This document shows, in pieces, positions 18,844 to 27,376 of a stretch of DNA of 51,990 nt (position 1 is its first letter; every line of letters starts with the position of its first letter). Source of the stretch: an uncultured Anaerolineales bacterium. GTDB taxonomy: Bacteria > Planctomycetota > Phycisphaerae > FEN-1346. Location of the stretch: assembly GCA_964510295.1 (NCBI GenBank), contig CAZEBQ010000003.1, positions 1-51,990 of the forward strand. The letters run 5' to 3'. The position numbers and the translations under genes are program-made. The notes below the pieces were generated by a model. The model was not told where the DNA came from, searched no databases, and was given only the letters and a program-made list of their open reading frames with translations.

Positions 18844-21641
18844 TCCGGCTCGCCCTCCGCCTTGGTTGCGCCAGCGAAGAGAGGGTCGATGTCGGTGCTG
18901 CGGATGAGGTAGGGTCCCCACTCGTTCGCCTGGTTCTCCCAGCCCTTCCAGGAGGCCATGGACGCCAAAACGAAGCCCCACTTCGGGTGCCATGCCATCG
19001 CATCGAGGTCGTGCGTCACGCCGCTGTACCACGGCGATCGCTGCCACGAGCCGTCGGGCATCTCGCGGATCAGGAACAGCCTGCTGCGCATGCGGGCCTG
19101 CGGTGCCACGCAAACGCACAGGATGGTTCTCCCGTCGCGTTGCATGGGCGACAGGTAGATACTGCGGCCCTTGAGCGTACTGAGTTTCTCCTCCTTCGAC
19201 CAGGTGACGCCGTCCGTGCTGGTGAACCGGCGCAGCGGCCCCACCGGCTCCGGCGGCTTCTCGAACACCTCACGCCAGCGGTCTTTCGGACGGGTGGCGC
19301 AGAACAGTTCGTAGGTGTCGTCGTGCCGCACGTGGATGGCCAGACCGTTGATGCACTCCCCCGGTGACGTCACATCGACGCGGCCGAGCGGTTCCCAGCG
19401 GAATCCGTCGCGACTGACAAGGGTCCGCACCTCGCCTCCGTTTCCCTCGGCCTTGGAGTACGCAATCACGAACCGGCCGCGGCCATCCTGAATGAGATGG
19501 CGGATCGGCATGCCCACCTCGTCCGCGACCTCGGCCGGCGCGCTCCAGTGGACGAAATCGCGCGACCAGCAGGCGAACGGCCGGTAGACGTGCTGCGGGT
19601 TGCGGTCGGACTTGAAAACGACCATGAACCGTCCCGACTCGTCGCGGAGCAAGCGAGGCTCGCCTTCCAGCCACGCCGTGGAGACGGGCAATGGTAGGCG
19701 CGCAGGCGTGGAAAACGTCTGCCCGTCCGTGCTCATCGACGACCACAGGTCGCCGCCTCGGCTCCAGACGAGGCGGATCGCCTCATTGTCCATCTGGACG
19801 GCAGGAACGCCCTGAAAGCGACGGGCCAGGGCAAGGTCGTGTCCGTCGTAGCAGCTGCCAACCAGGACACCATCCGTCCACGACGACCAGGGGGTGTCTT
19901 GGCGCCACGGCAGGGTGCCTACGAAACGGATCGTCTCACCGGTCTTGACGAGCACACGGGCCGTCGCTTCGCCATGCAGCGCGCTGGGACCGTCCGGATA
20001 GAACCTCAGCGTGCGCGGGCCCGCCGGCAAGAGACCGATCAGGCCGGGCCCGCGCCGGCCGGGGCGGCCGTCCACATCGACGCGGAAATGCTCGGTATTC
20101 GAGCACGAGACGTCGATCGCGCCGAACCGCCGTGGCCGGTCAAACGTCGCCCTTACGCGCAGCCCATCGAGAAGCAGTTTCTCGTCTTTCACGGGCGCGT
20201 CGGGGGTCACCTTCACCATGACCTCGAAGAGCCCGCCCCGCGGCAGGTTACCGAAAGGGATGCCCTGCGTCTTGGCCTCGGCGATCGACACGGTCCGCTG
20301 TGCCACGTCCCCCGTGCCGTGGCTGGACGCATTGACGTCCTTGGCGAGGTCTACCTCGACCGTGCCGCGTTCGACGGCGATCTTCGGATGCAGCCGCATC
20401 GTCGTGAAGACGCTTCCGCTCGGGGCAATGATCCCGTAGTGCTCAACCGTGTACGGATACTCCTTGACTGCGCCCCCCAACGTTTGCCAGATAATCCTGG
20501 AGACGGCCTCGGTCTCGCCAGGCTTGAAGTGAACCACCTTGAACAGCGTGCTTCCCCAGCCCAGTCTCGGCAACTCTTTCGGGGCAAACGTCTCGCCCGT
20601 GAGGGCGTTGTGCCGTCGCAGGGCCAGGTCACAGTTGTAGTCCCCGGGCAGGTCTGGTCGCCCGGGCCCGGCAGACAGAAGCACCGCCTCGCGGTACCTC
20701 CCCATCTGCTCGAGCAGGAGTCCGGTCTTTTGGCCGAACCACGCTCCACTCCACCAGGGCACCCTCCCGCCGTCCCATAAGAAGCCCGGCACCTCCGGGA
20801 AGCGACGGTTGAAGTCCTTGTACAAGGCCAGGAGGGCTTCTTGCGGCGTGTCGAGTTTCTCGTAGGTGTGCAGGAACTCCATGACGGCGTCGCCGACTCG
20901 CGGGTGAGCGCTGTCGAGGTAGACAAACTGCTCAAACGCCCGCCGCGCGTGCTCGTAGCGGTCCATGAAGTAGTACATCTTGCCGACCCAGTACGTCGCC
21001 TCCAGGTAGTCCGGATCCTCCCGCGACGCCTGACGGAACTTGACCCATGCCTCGCCGTAGCGGCCCTGGTCGTACAGGTCCATGCCTTCGTACAGGGCAC
21101 GCGCAGCCGGGATGCTCTTCGTCCAGACGGGGAGCGCCTTGAGCACCTCTTGCGACGTCTTGCCCGTGAACAGGGCAACCATGTCGGCGCTCAAGCGCCG
21201 CGTCAGTTCGAGGGCTTCGGCGGCCTTCCCGGAGACCGTGCAGCGGCCGCGCTCCTCGCCCGTCTTCACCTGCACGGCCGTCCCTGTGATGGAGATCTTC
21301 TCGCCCGTGACCTGGAACACGCCGGAGGCCACGTACTTGATGCGGAGCGTGTTTCGAACCATTCCCATGCGCCCGGTGTCCGCCATCATCTCGGGCACCC
21401 ACTCCATCTTCGCCGCCAGATCCTGCATGGCGTCGCGTTTGATGACGTCCAGCGAGCGCTCGATGTGAAAGTCGGTGATGATCCGATCTGCCAGCCCCTT
21501 TTCGAGCCACTTCCACTCGGGCGTGTCGGAGGTCATCTGGAAGTTGAAGACAGCCACGTTTGTGGCACAAGGCGCCGGCGGTGGCGCCAACAAGGGCCCG
21601 GCAGCCGCGACCACCAGGGCGGCGAGTTGCGAACCCTTCAT
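18840..21641 (-). CDS. Secreted paralog lacking the C-terminal module (alpha/beta module + TPR + PEGA-like + Asp-box propeller)
   Basis: ORF 18840..21869 trimmed to ATG 21641 (AGGAGG upstream; MKGSQLAALVVAAAGPLLAPPPAPCATNV). Motifs NVAVFNFQMTSDTPEWKWLEKGLADRIITDF, STDGQTFS, WSRDFVHWS, SRDGFRWE, STDGVTWS. Confidence 0.85.
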   Translation of the reverse strand: MKGSQLAALVVAAAGPLLAPPPAPCATNVAVFNFQMTSDTPEWKWLEKGLADRIITDFHIERSLDVIKRDAMQDLAAKMEWVPEMMADTGRMGMVRNTLRIKYVASGVFQVTGEKISITGTAVQVKTGEERGRCTVSGKAAEALELTRRLSADMVALFTGKTSQEVLKALPVWTKSIPAARALYEGMDLYDQGRYGEAWVKFRQASREDPDYLEATYWVGKMYYFMDRYEHARRAFEQFVYLDSAHPRVGDAVMEFLHTYEKLDTPQEALLALYKDFNRRFPEVPGFLWDGGRVPWWSGAWFGQKTGLLLEQMGRYREAVLLSAGPGRPDLPGDYNCDLALRRHNALTGETFAPKELPRLGWGSTLFKVVHFKPGETEAVSRIIWQTLGGAVKEYPYTVEHYGIIAPSGSVFTTMRLHPKIAVERGTVEVDLAKDVNASSHGTGDVAQRTVSIAEAKTQGIPFGNLPRGGLFEVMVKVTPDAPVKDEKLLLDGLRVRATFDRPRRFGAIDVSCSNTEHFRVDVDGRPGRRGPGLIGLLPAGPRTLRFYPDGPSALHGEATARVLVKTGETIRFVGTLPWRQDTPWSSWTDGVLVGSCYDGHDLALARRFQGVPAVQMDNEAIRLVWSRGGDLWSSMSTDGQTFSTPARLPLPVSTAWLEGEPRLLRDESGRFMVVFKSDRNPQHVYRPFACWSRDFVHWSAPAEVADEVGMPIRHLIQDGRGRFVIAYSKAEGNGGEVRTLVSRDGFRWEPLGRVDVTSPGECINGLAIHVRHDDTYELFCATRPKDRWREVFEKPPEPVGPLRRFTSTDGVTWSKEEKLSTLKGRSIYLSPMQRDGRTILCVCVAPQARMRSRLFLIREMPDGSWQRSPWYSGVTHDLDAMAWHPKWGFVLASMASWKGWENQANEWGPYLIRSTDIDPLFAGATKAEGEPE

Positions 21642-21696
21642 GTTTTCCTCCTGTGCAGCAACCAAGGGATCGCGCGTGCGATCTTCAGGTCGGCCG

Positions 21697-23982
21697 CTAC
21701 TGCCTCTTGGCCTTCTCCTTGGCGTCCAGGGCGGCGAGTTTTTCCCGGGCCGTCTTGGCGAACTCCGTGTCGGCGTACTCGGTGATGACGCGCCGGTATT
21801 CGCGGCGTGCGGCATCGGGTTTCCCGGCTTTCTCAAGCATCGCGCCCAGTTGAAGCGCATTGCGGGCAAGGAGGCGTTTCCGTTCGGCGGGGTCCTGCTG
21901 CTTCGGAGCGGGCTTGGCGATGGCCGGAGCGGCAGGCCGCTCCTTGGGTTTGGACGTCGTCGGGATCTTCGGACCGAGGCGTTCGGGGGAGGTCTGGGCG
22001 TCCTTGAGTTTCGCCTCGTTCAGAAGCTTCCCCATTGCGGCGGCCCGCTCCGAGTCTGGGCGCCGCGCCACGTACTTCTCCCACTCGATGACCGCGTGGG
22101 CGTGTTCGCCCAGGCGCTGGTGACACATGCCCTGCCAGAAATGGGCCTCCGTGTAGTCTGGGTCCAGATCCATCGTCCTCATGAACTGCATAATGGCTGC
22201 ATCCATGTTGCCGGCGTAGTAATGGCTCAAGGCCTTGGCGAAGTGGAGGCTGGCGACCGGTGACTTATCGATCTCGGTCAGGTCGATCTCAGGCAGCGGC
22301 ACGGCCATCTGCGTGCTCATCTTGCGGGCCAGTTGAAGGGCCGTCTCCATCATGTCCACCGGCCGGAACGACACCTGGTCGGCCGCCACCACGCGATCGG
22401 TGGGAATGTCGATCGCCTGAAGGCTGACGGTGAGCTTGTCCTGTACCAGAAAGAGCCGACCGGTCAGGACAGTGTCGGCCTTGAGGAGCTTTCCTGCCGC
22501 CACCGCATACTTCTGGCCCGTCAGGCCTTTCAGCGACTTGGCCTGTTCGTCGGTCAGCGCAAGCAGCCGCTGCCGCTCCACAACGGTGACGTTCTCATGC
22601 CGGGCCAGGAGGACGGCCACCAGGTCTCCCAACCCCGCGGCAGCGGGGTCGTACTGCTCCTCGCCGGTCTCGTTTTCAAGAGGCACGGCAAAGACGGTGC
22701 GTTTGACGGGTTTCTGCTGCCCTGCCGGTGCCGCAGCCGAGTCGGATGTCTTTGGCGTCTCGGCGGCAGGCGAGTCCTGGAGCGGCGCGGCAAAGACGCG
22801 GACGACCGTGCTCGCCGGTTCGTGCGGCGTGGCTTTCGTGTTCCCGCCGGCAGGTTGCCTGAGAGGCATCTTCTCAGCGGCGGGCTTCTTCTTGCCATAA
22901 GTGACCAGGCGCCGACAGACGGCCAGGCCAAGTTTGCGGCCCGCCTTCTGGAGGGCGGTCTTTCCGGCCGTCACCTCGTTCAGGTCCACCGCACGCTGGG
23001 TGGCCCGGTCGGCTACAAGTATCCGGCCCGTGTGCCGGTCGATCGCGTTGATCTCCGCCCGGCCCGTGCACGTGACCAGATCACCCGTACGGAGGGCGAA
23101 CTCGCTGAAGGCCTCTCCGACGACGATCACGTCGGCCTCGCGGACGGCCGCCGGCCATGGAGCGCGCTCGCCCTTCATCAGTCTCTTGGCCCAGTCGGCG
23201 AGGTCGTTCCTGCCGGTGTCCACAACGGTGAATCCGCACGCCACAAGGGTGCGTTTGATCTCGGTCTCAACCGACGGGTCCACAACGATGCGCAGGATGT
23301 GCATCTCGGGAACGATCACGGCCACCGTGGGGGGGGCGCGATCGCCGAGGGCCTTGCGGATCTCGGCCACCGGGTCAGGCATCCGCGCCGTGTCGGGGAG
23401 CAGGTTCGGTCCCTGTTTGCGGATGAGTTCGGCCACGTCCTCCGACATCTTGAAGATGGCCTCCGACATATTCTTCGTGGGCTCGACTTTGCTGATGTTG
23501 CCCTTGACGCGGCCGGTCTCGACGCCAACCACCTTGGTCACAAAGATGAGGTGCTTGTCCATGGTGAAGGTCTTGCCGATGATCATGATCTGGGCGCCGA
23601 GGAGTTTGCCGACCTGGACGGCCTTTTCCTGGTCGGCAAGGCCGGTGAGTTTCAGTTTCTGTTCCTGGAGGATCTTGTCGAGTTTTGCCCGTTCGACCAA
23701 CTCGAACTCCTCCTCCACGCTCAGACGCACGGTCAGAAGGTCGGCAATCTGCTGGCCGAGGTCCCTGTTCTTGTACGTGCCCGTTTCGTAGTTGAGAATG
23801 GCCACCACCGGCAGGGACTTCCTGGCGGCGGGCCCCTCGGACGGGACGGGTGCCGCCTTCTTGGCAGTCTCCCCCGGCGGAGTCGCCGGCACGCCCTTGA
23901 GGACGTCAGCCTCGCACGTGCTCGTTGCAGTTGCGGCCAAGATGACAAGTGCTGCGGTCACGACATTGAGTCTGAGCCACAT
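21697..23982 (-). CDS. Secreted or lipoprotein-like protein with three CsgG/FlgO-LPP20-like alpha/beta modules and C-terminal TPR repeats
   Basis: ATG 23982 with AAGGAG upstream. Signal ending ATATSTC. Module 1 is VVAILNYETG..LGQQIADLL..FELVERAKLDKILQEQKL..GAQIMIIG..VVGVETGRV. Module 3 is VFAVPLENETG..VTVVERQRLLALTDEQ. TPR is YAGNMDAAIMQFMRTMDLDPDYTEAHFWQGMCH. Confidence 0.8.
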   Translation of the reverse strand: MWLRLNVVTAALVILAATATSTCEADVLKGVPATPPGETAKKAAPVPSEGPAARKSLPVVAILNYETGTYKNRDLGQQIADLLTVRLSVEEEFELVERAKLDKILQEQKLKLTGLADQEKAVQVGKLLGAQIMIIGKTFTMDKHLIFVTKVVGVETGRVKGNISKVEPTKNMSEAIFKMSEDVAELIRKQGPNLLPDTARMPDPVAEIRKALGDRAPPTVAVIVPEMHILRIVVDPSVETEIKRTLVACGFTVVDTGRNDLADWAKRLMKGERAPWPAAVREADVIVVGEAFSEFALRTGDLVTCTGRAEINAIDRHTGRILVADRATQRAVDLNEVTAGKTALQKAGRKLGLAVCRRLVTYGKKKPAAEKMPLRQPAGGNTKATPHEPASTVVRVFAAPLQDSPAAETPKTSDSAAAPAGQQKPVKRTVFAVPLENETGEEQYDPAAAGLGDLVAVLLARHENVTVVERQRLLALTDEQAKSLKGLTGQKYAVAAGKLLKADTVLTGRLFLVQDKLTVSLQAIDIPTDRVVAADQVSFRPVDMMETALQLARKMSTQMAVPLPEIDLTEIDKSPVASLHFAKALSHYYAGNMDAAIMQFMRTMDLDPDYTEAHFWQGMCHQRLGEHAHAVIEWEKYVARRPDSERAAAMGKLLNEAKLKDAQTSPERLGPKIPTTSKPKERPAAPAIAKPAPKQQDPAERKRLLARNALQLGAMLEKAGKPDAARREYRRVITEYADTEFAKTAREKLAALDAKEKAKRQ

Positions 23983-25049
23983 TGCCAGTCTCCTTTATTC
24001 CCTGTTTTTCTGTTGCCCGTGCCATGCTCTCGAACAGCCCAAAGAAGCAGTTCGCCGAGGATGCTCCGTCCGACGGCGTCCGTAGCGGGGTCCTCCGCCC
24101 GCGGAAGCATCGTCACGACCAGCCATCCCTCACCCACACGCCGCGCGCCCACGAGCGTATGCACGACGGTCTTACGGGACGCGGGTGCGTCCTGCTGAAC
24201 GTTCTCCTGCTCAATCCACGCCAAGGGTACAACATCGGCCCCCGTCCGGAGAGCGTACGACCAGGGCCCGTTGCCCAGGTCGTCCGGCCGGAGGATTTGC
24301 CGGAAACCCATCGCCAGACGGGCCGGACCGGAGAGCGGGTCCGCGAACGTGTTGCGGCAGAATCCCCAGGCCTCCCATTTGGGCGGCGGGTTGAGCACCA
24401 CGAGCGTCATGCCCCTCTTCAAACGGCCCTCCAGGCCGCGGCACGCACCGGCCAGACTCCCGGCTCGCCGGTGGCCGGCAAGGATGGCCACGTCGCCGCC
24501 GAAGATGAGTTTCTGGATGTCGGTTTCCAATCGGTCAAAAGCCACCTTCTCGGATTCCAGGGCAGTCTGCAACCTGCCGGTCGGATCCGCCGCCGCAAGC
24601 GCCAGGTCGGCCAACCGCCCGGCGGCCGGAGCCAACAACGACGAGGGGAAGACCTCTACCTCCTTCGCCTCGGAACCGGCAGGAACGCGGACCAGCAGCC
24701 GACAGACCGTCCGCGTCCGGACCTTCGGAACCACAAGCCGAAGCCGACCGTGTCCCCCCGCGTCGATCCGGACTGCGCCATGAGCCAGAACGTCGTCGCC
24801 GTAGGCAAACGCCCACACGGCCTCCTGGTTGGCTTCGGCGGTCACGTGCACAGCCAGGACCGTCCGGGCGAAGACACGCAGTCGGGCGCCACGCGCCCGG
24901 ACGCCGGAGTCGGAAAGATCTACGAAAACGGCGACGTCCGCGCGGGCGCCGGGTTCGAGTTCGGCACCGCTCGCGCCGCGCGCCGGGGTGACCGCTAGGC
25001 TCAGCAACGTCCCCAGCAACGCTGCGTTTCGAGGGCTCACCCGCCCCAT
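23958..25049 (-). CDS. Secreted hypothetical protein
   Basis: ORF 23958..25112. ATG 25049 gives MGRVSPRNAALLGTLLSLAVTPARGA (signal-like). I recognised no domain. The 3-prime end overlaps the next gene's start by 25 nt. Confidence 0.6.
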   Translation of the reverse strand: MGRVSPRNAALLGTLLSLAVTPARGASGAELEPGARADVAVFVDLSDSGVRARGARLRVFARTVLAVHVTAEANQEAVWAFAYGDDVLAHGAVRIDAGGHGRLRLVVPKVRTRTVCRLLVRVPAGSEAKEVEVFPSSLLAPAAGRLADLALAAADPTGRLQTALESEKVAFDRLETDIQKLIFGGDVAILAGHRRAGSLAGACRGLEGRLKRGMTLVVLNPPPKWEAWGFCRNTFADPLSGPARLAMGFRQILRPDDLGNGPWSYALRTGADVVPLAWIEQENVQQDAPASRKTVVHTLVGARRVGEGWLVVTMLPRAEDPATDAVGRSILGELLLWAVREHGTGNRKTGNKGDWQCGSDSMS

Positions 25050-25086
25050 CGTTCTGCCCCCCGTCCCGACCCACCGGCGGCTGCTC

Positions 25087-26007
25087 TCAGCCGATGGCCC
25101 TGCCAAGCCCAACCGCCTGAAAAACGACGTGCACCCGGTCTCCCTCCATGCGGAACTGGCCCAATTCCACGGGCCCTTCGCCAGTCATCACGCGTCCTTT
25201 CACCCCAGCGGTGCTAGCCGGTTCGGTGCCGACCATCACGGCGACCGTCGCGCACGCATTCGCGGCGGCCACCTCACAGTGAATCGGACGGCCCTTGAGA
25301 CGACCGACATCAGGCAGCGACAGGCGGGTGCGACCGCCGCTTGGCACGAGCACGTTGAACGTCTCCAGGATGCGTCCCGTTGCCGTCACCATCCGGCATC
25401 TCAGAAGGAGCAGTTCGGCGCCGGCACTGGTGCCGTCGGCTGTGGGCACGTAGCCGAACTGACCCACCCCCTCGCCCAGCAGCACCCACGGTCTCGATCG
25501 GGCCGGTCCCTCGCCCACGTGCTGCCAGATCTGGCGATAGGAGGCCATCTCTGCCGCCGAGACCTGCGGCATACTCAGCGTCTGCTCCATCCTGGCCAGT
25601 TTCTCTTCGATTCTCCGGCCGGTCCACACAGCCGCCACGGCGACAAACACCGACGCCAGTACCACGACGGCCGCCGCCGCCCGTAACACCCACCAGGCAC
25701 GCCGCCGGCGTCGAGAGGTCTCGACGCCATGCCCGGCAATCCGGTCAGCTGCGGGCAACGATCCTGCGGCAGGGACCGACGACAGGATCGATGCCATCGA
25801 CGCGCGGAGCACCGTAACGGCTTCGTCATGACCGCAAGCGGCCCGCGCCTGCGTCTGAGTCTGGATCATCTCACGCAGGAGCCCGCGGGCTTCGTCGTCG
25901 CGCGAGACGAGCGCCAGCAGGGCGCGCCGCTCATCCGAGTCCGGCTCATCACACAAAAGGGCGTGAAGCCGTTCTTCCAGGTCCAACCGGGCATCGTCGT
26001 CCATCAT
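25087..26007 (-). CDS. Membrane anti-sigma factor
   Basis: Its position immediately after the ECF sigma gene, with an ATGA overlap. It has an acidic N-terminal helix (LEERLHALLCDEPDSDERRALL), a single TM segment (WWVLRAAAAVVVLASVFVAVAAVW) and an extracytoplasmic C-terminal domain. Confidence 0.7.
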   Translation of the reverse strand: MMDDDARLDLEERLHALLCDEPDSDERRALLALVSRDDEARGLLREMIQTQTQARAACGHDEAVTVLRASMASILSSVPAAGSLPAADRIAGHGVETSRRRRRAWWVLRAAAAVVVLASVFVAVAAVWTGRRIEEKLARMEQTLSMPQVSAAEMASYRQIWQHVGEGPARSRPWVLLGEGVGQFGYVPTADGTSAGAELLLLRCRMVTATGRILETFNVLVPSGGRTRLSLPDVGRLKGRPIHCEVAAANACATVAVMVGTEPASTAGVKGRVMTGEGPVELGQFRMEGDRVHVVFQAVGLGRAIG

Positions 26008-26621
26008 TCTATCTCCGGAAAGGCTTGCCGCATGGCTTCCGTCAAGCGCCGACGCGCTTGGTGAACGCGAGAGGCCACGGTCCCCATCGGCAGACCCAGC
26101 AGTTCGGCCGCTTCCTGGTAGGTGTACCCATCCAGGACCGTTGCCGCAAACGCCTGCTTCACGAGCGTCGGAAGGTTGTTTATGGCATCCACAAGACGGT
26201 CGGCCTGCTCCGATCGCTCGACCGTCTCAGCCGGGTCGGCATCCCTGCTGGTTGCCGCTGCAACAGCCCATTCGTCCAGAGGTTGGGCAGACCGCACGGA
26301 CCGCCTTCGGTACCAGTCGCGCACGCAATTCAGCAAGATCTGGTGGAGCCAGGTTGTCGGCAGAACACCACCATCAAACGTGTCCCAACTCCTGAACGCC
26401 TTGTAGAACGTCTGCTGCGTGACATCGGCCGCGTCCTCGGGATTGCGCGTCAGGCGCAGCGCCGTTCGAAAAAGGCGCGCATACCACTTCGCGATCTGAG
26501 CCTGGGTCGCCCGTTCCAATCGCGCCTCTGAGCCGTGTCCACAGTGCACCCAAGGGAAGCATCCCGACCACCTTATTAAACGGGCCAGCCAAGGGAGATT
26601 TCTATCGTTTTCTCGGTTCAA
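26004..26621 (-). CDS. ECF (group 4) sigma-70 family RNA polymerase sigma factor
   Basis: Region 2: NPEDAADVTQQTFYKAFRSWDTF..WLHQILLNCVRDWYRRR. Region 4: AATVLDGYTYQEAAELLGLPMGTVASRVHQARRRL. The ORF-track start is TTG 26621. The true start may be internal, for example GTG 26549. Confidence 0.85.
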   Translation of the reverse strand: MNRENDRNLPWLARLIRWSGCFPWVHCGHGSEARLERATQAQIAKWYARLFRTALRLTRNPEDAADVTQQTFYKAFRSWDTFDGGVLPTTWLHQILLNCVRDWYRRRSVRSAQPLDEWAVAAATSRDADPAETVERSEQADRLVDAINNLPTLVKQAFAATVLDGYTYQEAAELLGLPMGTVASRVHQARRRLTEAMRQAFPEIE

Positions 26622-26742
26622 TCGCTTCCGCCCCTATTCGTGACACGACACAGGCTTTGCAACCCCCTTCCCGATAGGGCCAGCTGTCAGCGGAAAGCGA
26701 CAGGACCGTCACCTTTATAAGGAACGGCGACAGGAATACAGC

Positions 26743-27207
26743 ATGAGCTACGTCTTCGTGCGTGAGCCTTTGAGCGCCGAGGAGTGCGACCGGATCGTCA
26801 ACGCGTGCCAGTCGTTCCGCGAGAAACTCGTCGTCTGGGGCAAGGGGGGCTGGTACGGCAGAAAGGGCAAGAGGAGGATTGTGCCGCTCACGGCCAGGGC
26901 CAAGAAACTCCTCGAACTTCACTTCTGCACGAACGATCGTATCGGCTTCACGGTTCGCACAGCCCAGCGGCTCGTCAAACGCGTGGCCAACCAGGCTATG
27001 ATCTCCAAGCCCGTGACGCCGCACGTCCTCCGGCACACCTTCGCCGTTAACTGCGTGAAGCGGGGCGTTAGTACCGCCAGCCTCAAGAAGATCCTGGGCC
27101 ATGACCGGCTTGAGACGACCGAGATCTACCTCAACATCTGCCCGGAGGATGCGCTCAACGAGTTCTTTCAGAAGGTTGAGGGTGCACGACGGCAGCGGTG
27201 GGAGTGA
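26743..27207 (+). CDS. Short tyrosine recombinase/integrase (C-terminal catalytic part only, probably defective)
   Basis: GKGGWYGRKGKRRIVPL, HVLRHTFAVNCVKRG and LGHDRLETTEIYL match the His/Arg/Tyr end of the Xer/phage-integrase catalytic domain. The N-terminal core-binding domain and the first catalytic Arg segment are absent (154 aa total). Confidence 0.7.
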   Translation: MSYVFVREPLSAEECDRIVNACQSFREKLVVWGKGGWYGRKGKRRIVPLTARAKKLLELHFCTNDRIGFTVRTAQRLVKRVANQAMISKPVTPHVLRHTFAVNCVKRGVSTASLKKILGHDRLETTEIYLNICPEDALNEFFQKVEGARRQRWE

Positions 27208-27376
27208 GCCACTCGCGGGAAACAACAAGACGGCCGAAGTGCCAGAAACCACCTTGGTGACCCCGTACGAACACCAATAAGGGCCAGGCTGGTGCCGTCA
27301 GGACCACCAGCCACCCTTTAGTCTCCTTCCGCGCCGGTGTAAACGGCCATACGCATCATGATACCGTGTCTTTCCC

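Noticed and set aside
26550-26742. ECF-type autoregulatory promoter (GGAAC-N16/17-CGT) upstream of the sigma gene
   Set aside because: GAAC-containing strings exist (ttgaaccgag on minus, aaggaacggc on plus), but I could not find a properly spaced -35/-10 pair on the correct strand. The sigma start codon itself is uncertain.
26602-27252. 216-aa minus-strand ORF that would extend the array past the sigma gene
   Set aside because: It is antisense to the plus-strand ORF, which carries clear tyrosine-recombinase motifs (HVLRHTFA, LGH, TTEIYL). It has no motif of its own.
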